A DNA stretch of 64,000 nucleotides from the NCBI GenBank assembly GCA_963724555.1, contig CAVRVE010000006.1, forward strand, positions 110,517 through 174,516. Reading direction: 5' to 3'. The stretch comes from an uncultured Acidobacteriota bacterium (GTDB taxonomy: Bacteria; Acidobacteriota; Vicinamibacteria; Fen-336). Of this stretch, positions 41,466 to 54,337 are shown in pieces. Made by a program: the position numbers and the translations under genes. The notes beneath the pieces are model-generated. The model had not been told where the DNA came from, searched no databases, and worked only from the letters and a program-made list of their open reading frames with translations. Every line of letters starts with the position of its first letter. The stretch's first letter is position 1.

Positions 41466-42455
41466 CTATTTCTCGAACGGATAGATGCGCTTCCAGTCCT
41501 TCTTCATGTCGACGACCGTCCAGTCCCGCTGCAGCGCCTCGTCGAGCGCCTTGTCGAGCTTGCCGATGTGCGACTGCCGGTCGTACGCCCACTCGCGCTC
41601 GGCGTCGGTATGGTGCACGAGCCCGAGGAAGCGACGCCCCGGTCCGGCCGCGGTCCACTGCAGCATCTGGTGGTCGCCGTCGGAGTTGCCGAACGCCAGG
41701 ACCGGACGCCGCCCGATGAAGCGGTTGATGCCGACCGGCTTTCCGGGCCCGTCGTCCACGAACTCGATCTTGGCCTCCTTCAGCAGCACGGGGCCGTTCG
41801 GCCGCAGCTCGAACCTCGTGACGCCGCTGCTGCCCACCACCTGCTCCGGCGGGATGCCGTAGGTCTTCTCGGCCCACGCGCGCATGAACTCGACGCCGCC
41901 GCCGGAGACGATGAAGGTCTTGAATCCCTTCCCCCGCAGATAGCGCAGCAGCTCGAGCATGGGCTGGTAGACCATCTCGGTGTAGAGCCGACCGCTTCGC
42001 GGGTGCTTGGCGCTCGCCGCCCACGCCTCGACGCTCGCGGCGAACTCTTCGGTCGTCATGCCGCTGTGCGTCGCGGCCATGATCCCGAGAATCGCCTTCT
42101 CGCCCTGCGCGAGCGCGTCCTTCACGTCTCCGGCGAGGAGCGTCTTGTAGGGCTCCTGCGTCTTCCACTCGGGGTGCCGGGGCGCCATCGCCTTCACCTG
42201 GTCGAGCGCGAAGGCGAGCTGGAAGTAGATCGGCTGCTCGGACCAGAGCGTGCCGTCGTTGTCGAAGACCGCGATTCGCTCGGCCGGCTCCACGAACGCG
42301 GCGCCCTCGCTCGTCACCTCGGCCACGAACTTGAGGATCGCCTGCTTCGCCTTTCCGTCGTTCCACGACGCGAGCGGATCGTTGGTCTGCGCGGGCACCG
42401 TGGCCGACACGAGTACCGCGGCGAGGACGAGGGACGCTCGCTGCATTCTCGGCAT
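41466..42455 (-). CDS. secreted HAD-superfamily hydrolase (acid-phosphatase-like)
   Basis: Start MPRMQRASLVLAAVLVSATVPAQT (signal peptide) with a GGGAGAA RBS. HAD motif I FDNDGTLW. Confidence 0.7.
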   Translation of the reverse strand: MPRMQRASLVLAAVLVSATVPAQTNDPLASWNDGKAKQAILKFVAEVTSEGAAFVEPAERIAVFDNDGTLWSEQPIYFQLAFALDQVKAMAPRHPEWKTQEPYKTLLAGDVKDALAQGEKAILGIMAATHSGMTTEEFAASVEAWAASAKHPRSGRLYTEMVYQPMLELLRYLRGKGFKTFIVSGGGVEFMRAWAEKTYGIPPEQVVGSSGVTRFELRPNGPVLLKEAKIEFVDDGPGKPVGINRFIGRRPVLAFGNSDGDHQMLQWTAAGPGRRFLGLVHHTDAEREWAYDRQSHIGKLDKALDEALQRDWTVVDMKKDWKRIYPFEK

Positions 42456-42531
42456 GATCTGAGTTCTCCCTGGGCCGTGTCTCGACAAGCTCCGCCATCC
42501 GAACTTTACAGCCGCAATCCGGGCCGCGTCG

Positions 42532-42548
42532 ATTGGACTTTGGTCCCA
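42532..42548 (+). promoter_or_regulatory. site A of the recurring dyad motif ATTGGAC-TTTG-GTCCCA, in the divergent promoter region between the HAD gene (-) and the response-regulator gene (+)
   Basis: Inverted repeat GGAC/GTCC with a 4 nt spacer. Related copies at 52388, 53459 and 55593. Confidence 0.45.
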
Positions 42549-42601
42549 GGCCCGCCTGGCCCTATCCTTGGCGGCGCGACGGAGGATGGACGACAACCCG
42601 G

Positions 42602-42994
42602 ATGGACAACAGCAAGCCGAACGACACCAGGAAGAGAGTGCTCGCCGTCGACGACGACCCCTCGATCCGGCACATGCTGGAACGGGTCCTGTCCCGGACC
42701 TACGACCTCGTCGTCGCCGCCGACGGCGAGCAAGCCCTCGCGGAGATCCGACGGCGGCGACCCGACCTGGTCCTGCTCGATCTGCGGATGCCGGTGATGG
42801 ACGGCAGCGAGCTCCTGGAGCGGCTCGAGATCGAGGGCATCGACGTGCCGGTGGTGCTGATGACCGCCGAGATCCGCCACGGCTTCCTCGACTCGCCGCT
42901 GGTGCGCGCGCGCCACGACAAGCTGCTCGGCGTCGACGCTCTGCTCGAGACCTGCGCCCGGGTTCTCGCCGCCGCGCCTATCGGGCCGGCTTGA
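42602..42994 (+). CDS. single-domain response regulator (CheY-like receiver)
   Basis: VLAVDDDPSIRHMLERVL…LVLLDLRMPVMDGSELLERL…VVLMTA are the REC acidic pocket, the phospho-acceptor Asp and conserved Thr. Confidence 0.75.
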   Translation: MDNSKPNDTRKRVLAVDDDPSIRHMLERVLSRTYDLVVAADGEQALAEIRRRRPDLVLLDLRMPVMDGSELLERLEIEGIDVPVVLMTAEIRHGFLDSPLVRARHDKLLGVDALLETCARVLAAAPIGPA

Positions 42995-43553
42995 GCCGCC
43001 GATACAGCCAGGCCTTGGCCATCGCCCACTCGCGGCTCACCGTGGCCGGGGAGAGATCGAGCGCCCGCGCCGTCTCGTCCAGGCTCAGGCCGCCGAAGTA
43101 GCGCAGCTCGACGAGCCGCGCCTGCCGCTCGTCGAGCGCCGCCAGCTCCTCGAGAGCGGCGTCGATGTCGAGCAGCTCCGGCCCCGCGGGCTTCGCCGCT
43201 TCGGGGTCGGCCAGCGTGATGCGCAGGCCTCCTCCGCGCTTGGCCGCGGCGCGCGCGCGCGCGTGGTCGACGAGGATGCGCCGCATCAGCCGCGACGCCA
43301 CGGCGAAGAACTGCTCGCGGTTCTCCCAGCCCGCATTCTGCGCGCAGAGCTTCAGGTAGGTCTCGTGCACGAGGTCGGTGGGCCGCAGCGTGTGGCCGGA
43401 CCGCTCGTGCCTCAGGTGGCCGGCGGCACGGCGCCGCAACTCGTCGTAGACGACGGGGATCAGCCGGTCCCAGGCCGCCTCGTCGCCGCCGCCCCAGGCC
43501 TTGAGCAGGCGGGTCACCTCGCCCTCGGGAATGCGCGACGCACGCGGCGGCAT
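42978..43553 (-). CDS. ECF sigma factor of the kinase-associated subgroup (TIGR02999-like)
   Basis: The N-terminus EVTRLLKAWGGGDEAAWDRLIPVVYDELRRRA is typical of ECF sigmas that co-occur with Ser/Thr kinases. Region 4 HTH at the C-terminus. 3' ends overlap the convergent RR gene by 17 nt. Confidence 0.8.
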   Translation of the reverse strand: MPPRASRIPEGEVTRLLKAWGGGDEAAWDRLIPVVYDELRRRAAGHLRHERSGHTLRPTDLVHETYLKLCAQNAGWENREQFFAVASRLMRRILVDHARARAAAKRGGGLRITLADPEAAKPAGPELLDIDAALEELAALDERQARLVELRYFGGLSLDETARALDLSPATVSREWAMAKAWLYRRLKPAR

Positions 43554-43602
43554 CGCCGCGAGTCTAAGGCCAAAGCCTCGGCGCGCGACTCGCTCGGCGA
43601 GC

Positions 43603-46600
43603 TCAGGGGACCCGGGTCTTCTGCGTGTCCGCCTTGAGCCACATGCGGTAGAAGTAGTCCGCTCCGTACATCATCTGGTCGTCCACGATCTGCCGGCCGG
43701 TCATGGTGGCGTTGCCGGGCAGCGTTCGCACGTCGCGCAGGAAGTCCACGAACATCCCGTAGTGCGCAACGCCGTCGAGGTTGTAGTCCCACGTCTTGGA
43801 GCCCGTCGTGCTGCGGGCGAGCGGCGAAACGCCCGCGTTGACGGGGTTGGCCGGGTTGTAGATGTCGGTATAGCGCGGCAGCAGGGGGTCGCCGATCGAG
43901 GAGCGGGGAGTCTTGACCAGCGAGTTCGTGTCGGTGCCGAGCCCCATCAAGCCCAGACCCAGCGGGTTTTCCTGAGGGCACAGACCACCGGGACCGAAGG
44001 CGCGGCGCATGACGTCGTAGGCTCGCGCGTACTGCCCCGTCCAGTCGAAGGCGCTCGCGCTGTCCGTGCCGAGGCCGAACATGCCGCCGAGGCAGGCGAC
44101 GCGCGCGAGCTGCGTCGTGGTCCGGGAGTTCTCGGCGTTCAGCGTGGGCGAGCCCGGGTTGCGGACGCCGGAGTGCCCGGACATCACGGGGTAGCCGCCG
44201 CCCGGGACGGCCGCGGCGAGCGCGAGCGTCCGGTTCGCGGCGCGGTTCGACATGTGGTCGATGTCGACGAGGATGCCGCGCTTCATCATCGCCCGGATCG
44301 CGAACTCGCCGAGAGCCGTGAGCCCGTTCGGCGTGCGTACGTTCACGTGACCCAGGAACCGGGGTCCGCTCGATGTCGTGACCAGGCAGCCTGGCGCCGT
44401 CGGCGGCGCCACTCCCGGCGGGAGCAGCGGAGCGAGCAGGGCAGGGACACCCAGGGCCCTGAACCCGACGTCGTCCGCTTGCTGCGCGCAACCGACGGCC
44501 CAGAAGCTGCCGTTCTCGAGGCGACCCATGACGTTGTAGAGATCCTGATAGATCGCCGTGTCGCCGAAGGCGTTGTCGGTCAGGTGAATCGGCAGGATGT
44601 AGCGGACTCCCTTCCCGTAGAGCCGGGCGATCTCGGTGTCGATCATCGTCTGGGTCAGCCCCGCCGCGGTGAAGTCGCCGATCTTGTCGATCTCCACTCC
44701 CAGCACGACGGCGAGCCGGCCCCCCTGCACGATGCTCTGGAGCTCGGCCGGCGTCCGCGCGAGCGCCATGAAGGTCGGATTCGCGGCGACGAGCCCCGCG
44801 ATCTCGTCGGTCTGCAGGTCGGAGGAGGCCTTGTCGTTCTTGACTCCCGTGATCGGGCCGCCGGAGCCCAGCAGCTGGGCGAGCGTGCGGTTGTTGTGAG
44901 AGAGCGCCACCATCACCCGCTGGCCGCCCTCCCAGGCCCTTCGGATCCAGTCGATCCACATCTTCTGGTGCGTGATGTCGTTCCAGGCGGGCCAGTAGGT
45001 AAACGCGGGGAACCCGTCCGCACCGGCGGGCGCCGTGGCCGCACCGTTCAACGCCTCGATCGCCTTGATCAGCGTGTTGCGCGCGGAGTCACCGCACCTG
45101 GACTGCAGAGCGTCGCCGCGGGTCGGTGCATCTTGCGACAACGCCTCCGCGATGCTCGTCGCCCGCTGATCGAACCGGCACTGCGGGTCGCTCGGCATCT
45201 GCACGGCCGGCATCAGCGAGCCCACGGACGGCGCGCCGTGGAACAGCTTCCCGCCGAACGCGACGTTCGACATGGGGTGCGTGTGCAGGTCGACCCAGCC
45301 CTTGAGCCGCGTGTCCTGTGCCCAGGGCTGCACCACCAGGCTCCCGCTCGAGAGTGACCCGCTGGCCGGGGTCTGCTCGACACCTTCGATCCACAGTCGG
45401 AACTGGTCGGGCTGTCCGCTGCCGCCGTCGACCATGGTGGCGACGAAGAGTCGGCCGCTGCCGTCGAACCCCTCCACTCTGGCGGTCTGTCCGCTGATCA
45501 CGAACGAGGTGAACCGAGTCGCCGTGAAGAAGACGGAGCCCTTGGTGTACAGCAGGACACCGGAGAGCTGGCCCGAGAAATTCTGTATGGCGAAAACGGC
45601 GGATCCGCCGTTGCTCGGGGAGACCGTCCCGTTGACCAGGCTCACCCCGTAGAGGACGATCCGGTCGCTGCTGGTGGACGCCGCGCTCGGGTTGCCGCCG
45701 CTGTCGACCGCCGCGCCGGCCGGTATCGACACGGCCACGACGCCTACGCCGCTCATTCCCGTCACCGCGACCGTGTAGCTGGCGCCGCTGCCGGTGACGG
45801 TGGCGCTGAGCGTTCCGCCCACCAGCGATCCGGCGAACGAGACGTCACTGCCACTGAAGCCAGTCACCGGCTCGCTGAACACGACAGTGAACAGGATCGG
45901 AGAGGCGCTCGTCGGATCCAGCTGGCCCGGTGCCTGGTTGATGGTGACCGTGGGCCGCGGGTCGATCGTGACCAACCTGGTGTTGTTGGAAGGGACGGGA
46001 TCGAACTGCGGAGCAGACACGGCGAAGGTGGCGGTCAGCGGCCCGGACGTCAGCGGGCGAGCCACGATCGCGATCGGCCGCGTGGTGCCGGCCGCGAAGT
46101 TGTCGAAATCGCAGGTCCCGAGACCCGGCAGCCACGAGCACGCCCCCTGCCCGGTGTCGCTGACGAATTGCAGCCCGGCAGGAAGCGTCACGTTCAGGCG
46201 CAGGACGATCGCGTTGCTCGGACCGAGGTTCGACATCGACACGTTGTAGATGACGTTGCTTCCCACGGTGACGAGGGTGGCCGGTGTCGAGACCGATACG
46301 CTGACGTCCGCCGGGTTGATGGCCTGGATCGTCAGGCTGGCGGTCGCCGCGGACGAGCCGAGAACGGGAGTCCCGGCGAAGAAGGCGCCAACGCCCCGCG
46401 GATGGACGCCGATTGCCAGGCCACCGAGGCTCACCCCACCCAGGGTCGCCACACCGTCGGGCCCGGTCGTCGCCGAACCGACAGCACGCTCATTCAGGCT
46501 GAAGGCCACCGACTGACCTGCGACCGGCGCGCCCTGTGAAGTTAGCGTCGCGGTGAGCGTCGTTTCGTCGTCTTCGAAGCCCGTCACGGGACTGGCCGTC

Positions 46601-47259
46601 CGTGATGGTGTAGAGGAAGTGGTCGATCCCCTCGAAGCCCGCGGCCGGCGCGTAGGTGACGATCCCGCCGGCAAACGTGGCGCTGCCGTGACCAGGCACG
46701 GTCACTGCGGTCAGTGCCAGCGGGTCTCCGTCGGGGTCCCTGTCGTTGGCGAGCGCGGGGATGTCCACTGGCTTGTCGATGACCGTGGCCACCACGTCGT
46801 TCACCGCCACTGGCGCGGCGTTTCCTCCGTCGTCGTCGGTGATGCCCACATCCCCTAGGGTGCCGGCCCCGAGGCGAGCGCTCGTCGCGGCCACGAGCCG
46901 CGCCCCAAAGGTTTCGGTGCCTTCGGCCAGCGCATCGTCGAGCAGCGCCACGACGAAGGCGCCGATGGTCTCCCCGGGCGGAATCACGACCTGCCCGCTC
47001 GACGGCACGTAGTCTTCTCCGGGGCTGGCCGTACCCGTCGGCACCGTTTCCCAGTCCACGGCGACCGTGTCGGGTGACGGCGCGTCGAGTTGCCGTCGGC
47101 ATCGGCGACCCAGATGTCGCCCGCCCGGCTGAAGGCGAGCTGGCCGGTCTCGCCGACCGCCGCGCCGACGGCCACCGCACCGCCGAAGGCGGCGGATACG
47201 AGGGCGGCGATCACGTTCGCCGAGAAGCGAGCCCGCCCGCGCCCTACCCGTGCGCTCAT
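43603..47259 (-). CDS. large secreted/surface protein: signal peptide, Calx-beta/cadherin-like and DUF11-type Ig repeats, C-terminal membrane-dipeptidase (M19)-like domain; two apparent frameshifts (~47085, ~46600)
   Basis: Start MSARVGRGRARFSANVIAALVSAAFGG with a GAGGGGTG RBS, in the frame of track ORF 46984..47259. It continues in the frame of ORF 46490..47266 (DDDGGNAAPVAVNDVV…DPDGDPL). It then runs in the long frame 43603..46674, which carries VDLHTHP and ILVDIDHMSNRA…VMSGHSGVRN, resembling M19 dipeptidase motifs. Confidence 0.6.
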
Positions 47260-47306
47260 GATTCACCCCTCACGCGAACGGCCCCTCTGGCGCGTTCGCC
47301 CGCAGC

Positions 47307-47951
47307 TCAGGAGAAGCTGATGACGACGGTCACCTGGATGATCTGGCTGGCGAGCACGACGATCGGCGTCGGGAAGTTGTGCGACGTGAACTCGGTGTAC
47401 CGATACGCCGTGCAGCTGGCGGCTGCGGTTGTGCCGGCACAAAGACCCATCTGTGTGCCCACGCGCGCGATGTCACCGTCCGCCTCGGCCGTCGCCTGAC
47501 CACTCATGACGAGCTTCCCCGCGTTGGGGCCCGTCGCAGGCGCGGAAACCGTCATCGTCTTGAACTGCGCCTCGGGATCCGTGCTCCCTACCTCCCCGAT
47601 CACGCAGGCTCCGTTGAAATAGGACGGACAGGGTGCTCGAAGTCCGGAGCCCACTTGCCAGAGGTAGACGTCCCAGACCCCGGGAACCTTTGTGCGCGCC
47701 AGCATCTGGGCGAGGACCGCGGCTCCGCCGGAGTCCAGGGCGTTCTCGAAAACGTGATGCGAGATCACCGACCCGTCGGGGCTCTTGACGTCGATCGTCC
47801 AGTGGCCGTGGACCTTGATGCCCTCGCGCGACGCGGCCCCCGGCGTGTCTTCCGAGCCGGCGCGCACGCCAGACTGGCTCCCCAGTACGAGCGCGAGCAC
47901 GGCGGCCGCCGCCACCACCCACGGCATGCGATTACGACCGTTGGTCCTCAT
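47307..47951 (-). CDS. secreted hypothetical protein (214 aa)
   Basis: ATG in frame with track ORF 47307..48047, with a GAGGAGG RBS. Signal peptide MRTNGRNRMPWVVAAAAVLALVLG. Four Cys in the mature part. No recognisable domain. Confidence 0.55.
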   Translation of the reverse strand: MRTNGRNRMPWVVAAAAVLALVLGSQSGVRAGSEDTPGAASREGIKVHGHWTIDVKSPDGSVISHHVFENALDSGGAAVLAQMLARTKVPGVWDVYLWQVGSGLRAPCPSYFNGACVIGEVGSTDPEAQFKTMTVSAPATGPNAGKLVMSGQATAEADGDIARVGTQMGLCAGTTAAASCTAYRYTEFTSHNFPTPIVVLASQIIQVTVVISFS

Positions 47952-48095
47952 AACTCCTCCTCGGTCCACAGGACGGGACAGGCCGGCGACGGTCGGGAAT
48001 CCCGCCGTTCTCTCCTTCACGCGGAAACGGAAGGAAAAGTCCCTCACGCTGGCGGAAGGCCGAGGCCGCGAAGCGGGTTTGGAGGCTGGTTCGGC

Positions 48096-50775
<2,680 letters not shown>

Positions 50776-50826
50776 GGCGCTCCTGGTCAGGACGGCGCGC
50801 CAGTTTACCTGATCGGGGCTCGCGGG

Positions 50827-51687
50827 CTACAGCCGGCCCATCCGACCGCTCTCGAAGTCGATCATCGCCTGACGGATCTCTCCGGGGCTGTTCATCACGA
50901 ACGGGCCCATCCCGACGATCGGCTCGTGGATCGGCTCCCCCGCGAGCAGCAGCGCGCGCGCTTCGCTCGCCTCGTCGATCGCGATGTCCGCGCCCTCGCG
51001 GTCGAAGAGCCCGACTTCCGCTTCCTCGATCGGGTCCGAGCCTTCCACCCGCAGCGAGCCACGCAGCACCACGACGGCCGTCGTCCAGCCGTCCGGCACG
51101 GCGATCTGCTCCCGCTTCGTGCCGTGCAGCTTGAGATCGACGACCTGCAGCGGCGTGAACGTGCTGGCGGGGCCCTTCGCGCCGGCGAGCTCCCCCGCGA
51201 TCACGCGAGCCGTGCCGAGCCCGCCGGGCAGCGCCACGGATGGGATCCGGCTGTCCGTGATCGCCTGGTACCCGGGAGGCTTCATCTTGTCCGTGCGGGG
51301 CAGGTTGACCCAGAGCTGGACCATCTCGAAGGGTCCGCCCCGCTTCGCATACTCGCGCCCGTGGAACTCCTCGTGCACGATTCCCGAGGCGGCCGTCATC
51401 CATTGCACGTCGCCCTCGCCGATGCGGCCGCCGCCGCCCGAGGAGTCGCGGTGCTCGACCTCGCCGGAATACACGATCGTGACCGTCTCGAACCCGCGGT
51501 GCGGGTGAGGTCCGACGCCCCGTCGCTCGGTCGTGGGCGAGAACTCGGTGGGCCCGGCGTAGTCGAGCAGCAGGAAGGGGCTCAGCAGCTCCCCCTCGTT
51601 CGGGTAGGCGAAGAGCGTTCGCACCGGGAAGCCGTCGCCCACCCAGTGGCGGTCCACGCTGCGTTGGATGCCGCGCAGCTTCTTCAC
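50827..51687 (-). CDS. pirin family protein (bicupin)
   Basis: [24 protein letters not shown] and the C-terminal cupin are characteristic of pirin. 286 aa. Confidence 0.85.
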   Translation of the reverse strand: MKKLRGIQRSVDRHWVGDGFPVRTLFAYPNEGELLSPFLLLDYAGPTEFSPTTERRGVGPHPHRGFETVTIVYSGEVEHRDSSGGGGRIGEGDVQWMTAASGIVHEEFHGREYAKRGGPFEMVQLWVNLPRTDKMKPPGYQAITDSRIPSVALPGGLGTARVIAGELAGAKGPASTFTPLQVVDLKLHGTKREQIAVPDGWTTAVVVLRGSLRVEGSDPIEEAEVGLFDREGADIAIDEASEARALLLAGEPIHEPIVGMGPFVMNSPGEIRQAMIDFESGRMGRL

Positions 51688-51711
51688 GACTCTAGCCCTC
51701 GGTAGGAGGCG

Positions 51712-52353
51712 CTAGACGCCCGCTCCGATCAGCCGGCTTTCGACCGCGAAGCGTACGAGCTGGGCTGACGAGCGCACGGCCAGCGCCTCCATCGCCTGGT
51801 ACTTGTGGTAGGCCACGGTCCGGGTGCTGATGCCCAGGACCGCCGCCGCCTGCTTCATGGAATGCCCCTCGGCGAGCAGGCGCACGACCTCGCGCTTGCG
51901 CGGGCTGAGGCGCCCGAGAGGCTCGAGCGCGGGAGGCCGGGGCTCGAGCGCGTCGGGATCACCCCCGGCGAGAGCGACCGACAGCCAGCGCCCGCCGCGC
52001 AGGACCGTCCGGAGGGCCCGCAGGAACTCGCGGGCGCCGGTGCTCCGCAGCACGTAGCCTGCCGCTCCCAGCTCGAACGCCTGGGCGGCCACCTGGAGGT
52101 CTTCACAGGCGGTCAGCAAGACCACTCGCGTGCCAGGCCGCGCCTGAAGCACGCGGCTCGCAGCCGCAAGGCCGCCCAGGAGCGGCAACGACACGTCCGT
52201 CACCACGATCGCGGGCGAGAGGCGGGTCGCCTGCTTCACCAGCTCGATCCCGTCGGTGACGACGCCCGCCACGTCGAAGTCCGGCTCGAGCAGGCACGCG
52301 AGCGCCTCCGCGAGCACGGCCTGGGAATCGGCCAGCACGACACGAGGTCTCAC
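51712..52353 (-). CDS. LuxR/NarL-family response regulator (REC + HTH_LuxR)
   Basis: Receiver domain (VVTDVSLP phospho-acceptor region). C-terminal LSPRKREVVRLLAEGHSMKQAAAVLGISTRTVAYHKYQAMEAL is a LuxR-type HTH. Confidence 0.8.
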   Translation of the reverse strand: MRPRVVLADSQAVLAEALACLLEPDFDVAGVVTDGIELVKQATRLSPAIVVTDVSLPLLGGLAAASRVLQARPGTRVVLLTACEDLQVAAQAFELGAAGYVLRSTGAREFLRALRTVLRGGRWLSVALAGGDPDALEPRPPALEPLGRLSPRKREVVRLLAEGHSMKQAAAVLGISTRTVAYHKYQAMEALAVRSSAQLVRFAVESRLIGAGV

Positions 52354-52387
52354 GCCTGCAATCCTTCACACGGCCGGCGGGCGTGTC

Positions 52388-52407
52388 TATTGGCCTTTGG
52401 TCTTACA
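52388..52407 (+). promoter_or_regulatory. site B of the dyad motif: TATTGGCCTTTGGTCTTACA, 35 nt upstream of the LuxR RR start codon
   Basis: ATTGG-CTTTGGTC is shared with sites A and C. The right arm is degenerate. Confidence 0.4.
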
Positions 52408-52416
52408 GCGCCAACC

Positions 52417-53382
52417 TCACGCGTCCCGGTGGTTTGCGAAGAACTGTGCGAGCCGCTGGCGTGTCGCGTCGGCCACGGCGGCACGCAGCGACTGCATCTC
52501 GGAGGCGCCGAGCGGGGCGAACGCCTGCGCCAGCGCCATGTTGCGCTCGACGAGCTCGGGCCGCGGCATCCCCACGGTCGCGAGGCTGACCGGCAGCGAG
52601 AGCGAGTAGTAGAGGAGCTTCTCCGGGCTGGCGACGGAAAGCAGCTGGTCCTGCCCGAACACCTTCATGGCGATCACGCCCATCTTCTTGCGGACCGCCA
52701 CGGGAAGGGCGAGCGCCTCGTAGCTCGAATCGGCCATCGGGACCGGGTGCGGCCCCTTGTCGTCGAACTTCATGCGCGCGCGCGCCACGTTCAGCGCCAT
52801 CTGCACGCAGTCGAAGTCGTGGCGCTCCAGGGCCGCCTGCATCGCGGCCGGGTTCGCGTGGCCGGTGATGCCGATGAAGCGCGCGAGCTTCTCCTGCTTG
52901 GCCCGCTGCACCACCTTGAGCACGCCGTCGTCCGCCTCGATCGCGGCCAGATCCTCGGGGCTCTCGAGGCTGTGGATGTGAAGCACGTCGAGCCGGTCGG
53001 TGCGCAGCCGCTTGAGGCTCGCCTCGAGCTGGCGCTTCGCCTCGTCGCCTTTGCGGGCGGCGATCTTGGTCTGGAGGAAGACCTCGCCGCGGCGACTCGC
53101 CATGAGCCGGCCCACGCGCTCCTCGCTCTTGCCGTCGCCGTAGTTGTTCGCGGTGTCGACGTAGGTGAATCCGAGGTCGATCGCGCGCGACAGCACGCCC
53201 ACCGCCTCGTCGTCGTCCTTGTAGGCCAGGAAGCGGCTGCCGCAGCCGAAGGCGAGGAGCGGCACCTGGACGCCCGTGGCGCCGAACGCGCGTGTCGGCA
53301 GCTTGCCGGGCGCTGCGAAGGCCTTGGCGCCGAGAGGGCCGAGGGCCGCCGCCCCCAGGAACGCGCGACGGGAGATGCTCAC
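52417..53382 (-). CDS. Tat-exported aldo/keto reductase
   Basis: Twin-arginine signal MSISRRAFLGAAALGPLGAKAFA. AKR motifs FTYVDTANNYGDGKSEERVG. Confidence 0.85.
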   Translation of the reverse strand: MSISRRAFLGAAALGPLGAKAFAAPGKLPTRAFGATGVQVPLLAFGCGSRFLAYKDDDEAVGVLSRAIDLGFTYVDTANNYGDGKSEERVGRLMASRRGEVFLQTKIAARKGDEAKRQLEASLKRLRTDRLDVLHIHSLESPEDLAAIEADDGVLKVVQRAKQEKLARFIGITGHANPAAMQAALERHDFDCVQMALNVARARMKFDDKGPHPVPMADSSYEALALPVAVRKKMGVIAMKVFGQDQLLSVASPEKLLYYSLSLPVSLATVGMPRPELVERNMALAQAFAPLGASEMQSLRAAVADATRQRLAQFFANHRDA

Positions 53383-53458
53383 GGGTCTCCTCCTTCGAGG
53401 CGCACGGCCTCGGCCGGATCGTATCGCAGTTTCGAAGCGGGGCGTCCGGCCTTCGAGC

Positions 53459-53478
53459 TATGGGACTTTGGTCCCATA
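53459..53478 (+). promoter_or_regulatory. site C of the dyad motif: perfect palindrome TATGGGAC-TTTG-GTCCCATA in the divergent AKR / OM beta-barrel promoter region
   Basis: The 8 bp arms are exact reverse complements around a 4 nt spacer. This is the best copy of the motif. Confidence 0.5.
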
Positions 53479-53578
53479 TCGGCTCGGCCCGCCCCTGCGT
53501 ACGATGGGGCAGGGTCGTATGAATCGCGTAAGAGATGCCGTACTGTGGTTGGCTGGGGGATCGGAAGAGGGGGAAGGA

Positions 53579-54259
53579 ATGACTCGAGCGGTGATTCGTC
53601 AGGTCGCGGGTGTGTGTGCCAGCGTGGGGCTTCTGGCGGCGGCGCCGGCCCAGGCACAGGACCCGCGCATCGAGATCGGCGCCAGCGCCGGCTGGACGCT
53701 CAGCGACGGCGTGACGTTCGACGGCGTCATCGCCGGCGACGGAAACGTCTACAACTCGATCGAGCCCAAGGATTCGTTCTCGTACAACCTCCAGGTAGGG
53801 TTCTTCGTGAATCCGCACATGGAGATCGGGTTCCTCTTCGACCAGCAGAAGAGCAAGCTCACGGTCGGCGGGACGCAGGAGCGCGAGATCGGCGACATGA
53901 GCGTCAACAACTACCACGGGTTCTTCGCCTACCACTTCGGCGACCCCGATGCCAAGGCGCGGCCCTACTTCCTGGGCGGCGCCGGGGCGACGAGCTACGG
54001 CAAAGTGCCCTTCAGTGTCGGGAACTTCGCCGGCGAGACCGGGAGTGCGACCCAGTTCTCGACGACCTGGGCACTGGGCGTGAAGCTCTATCCCGCCCCC
54101 AAGGTCGGCCTGAACCTCGCCGTACGCTGGACGCCCACCTACATCAAGTCGGACGCAGAAGGCTGGTGGTGCGATCCGTACTGGGGCTGCTACGTCGTCG
54201 GCGACTCGCAGTACTCGAACCAGTTCGAGTTCTCGGGCGGGCTCGTCATCCGCTTCTGA
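53579..54259 (+). CDS. outer-membrane beta-barrel protein (porin-like, 226 aa)
   Basis: GGAAGG RBS. Signal peptide …LAAAPAQAQ. Amphipathic beta-strands. C-terminal …GGLVIRF. Confidence 0.65.
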   Translation: MTRAVIRQVAGVCASVGLLAAAPAQAQDPRIEIGASAGWTLSDGVTFDGVIAGDGNVYNSIEPKDSFSYNLQVGFFVNPHMEIGFLFDQQKSKLTVGGTQEREIGDMSVNNYHGFFAYHFGDPDAKARPYFLGGAGATSYGKVPFSVGNFAGETGSATQFSTTWALGVKLYPAPKVGLNLAVRWTPTYIKSDAEGWWCDPYWGCYVVGDSQYSNQFEFSGGLVIRF

Positions 54260-54337
54260 GACCCTCCTGACCGCTGGTCCGGCCGGGGCTTCGAAGTCCC
54301 GGCCGGGCTGCTTTCCCGGGCGCTGCGACGGTGCGCC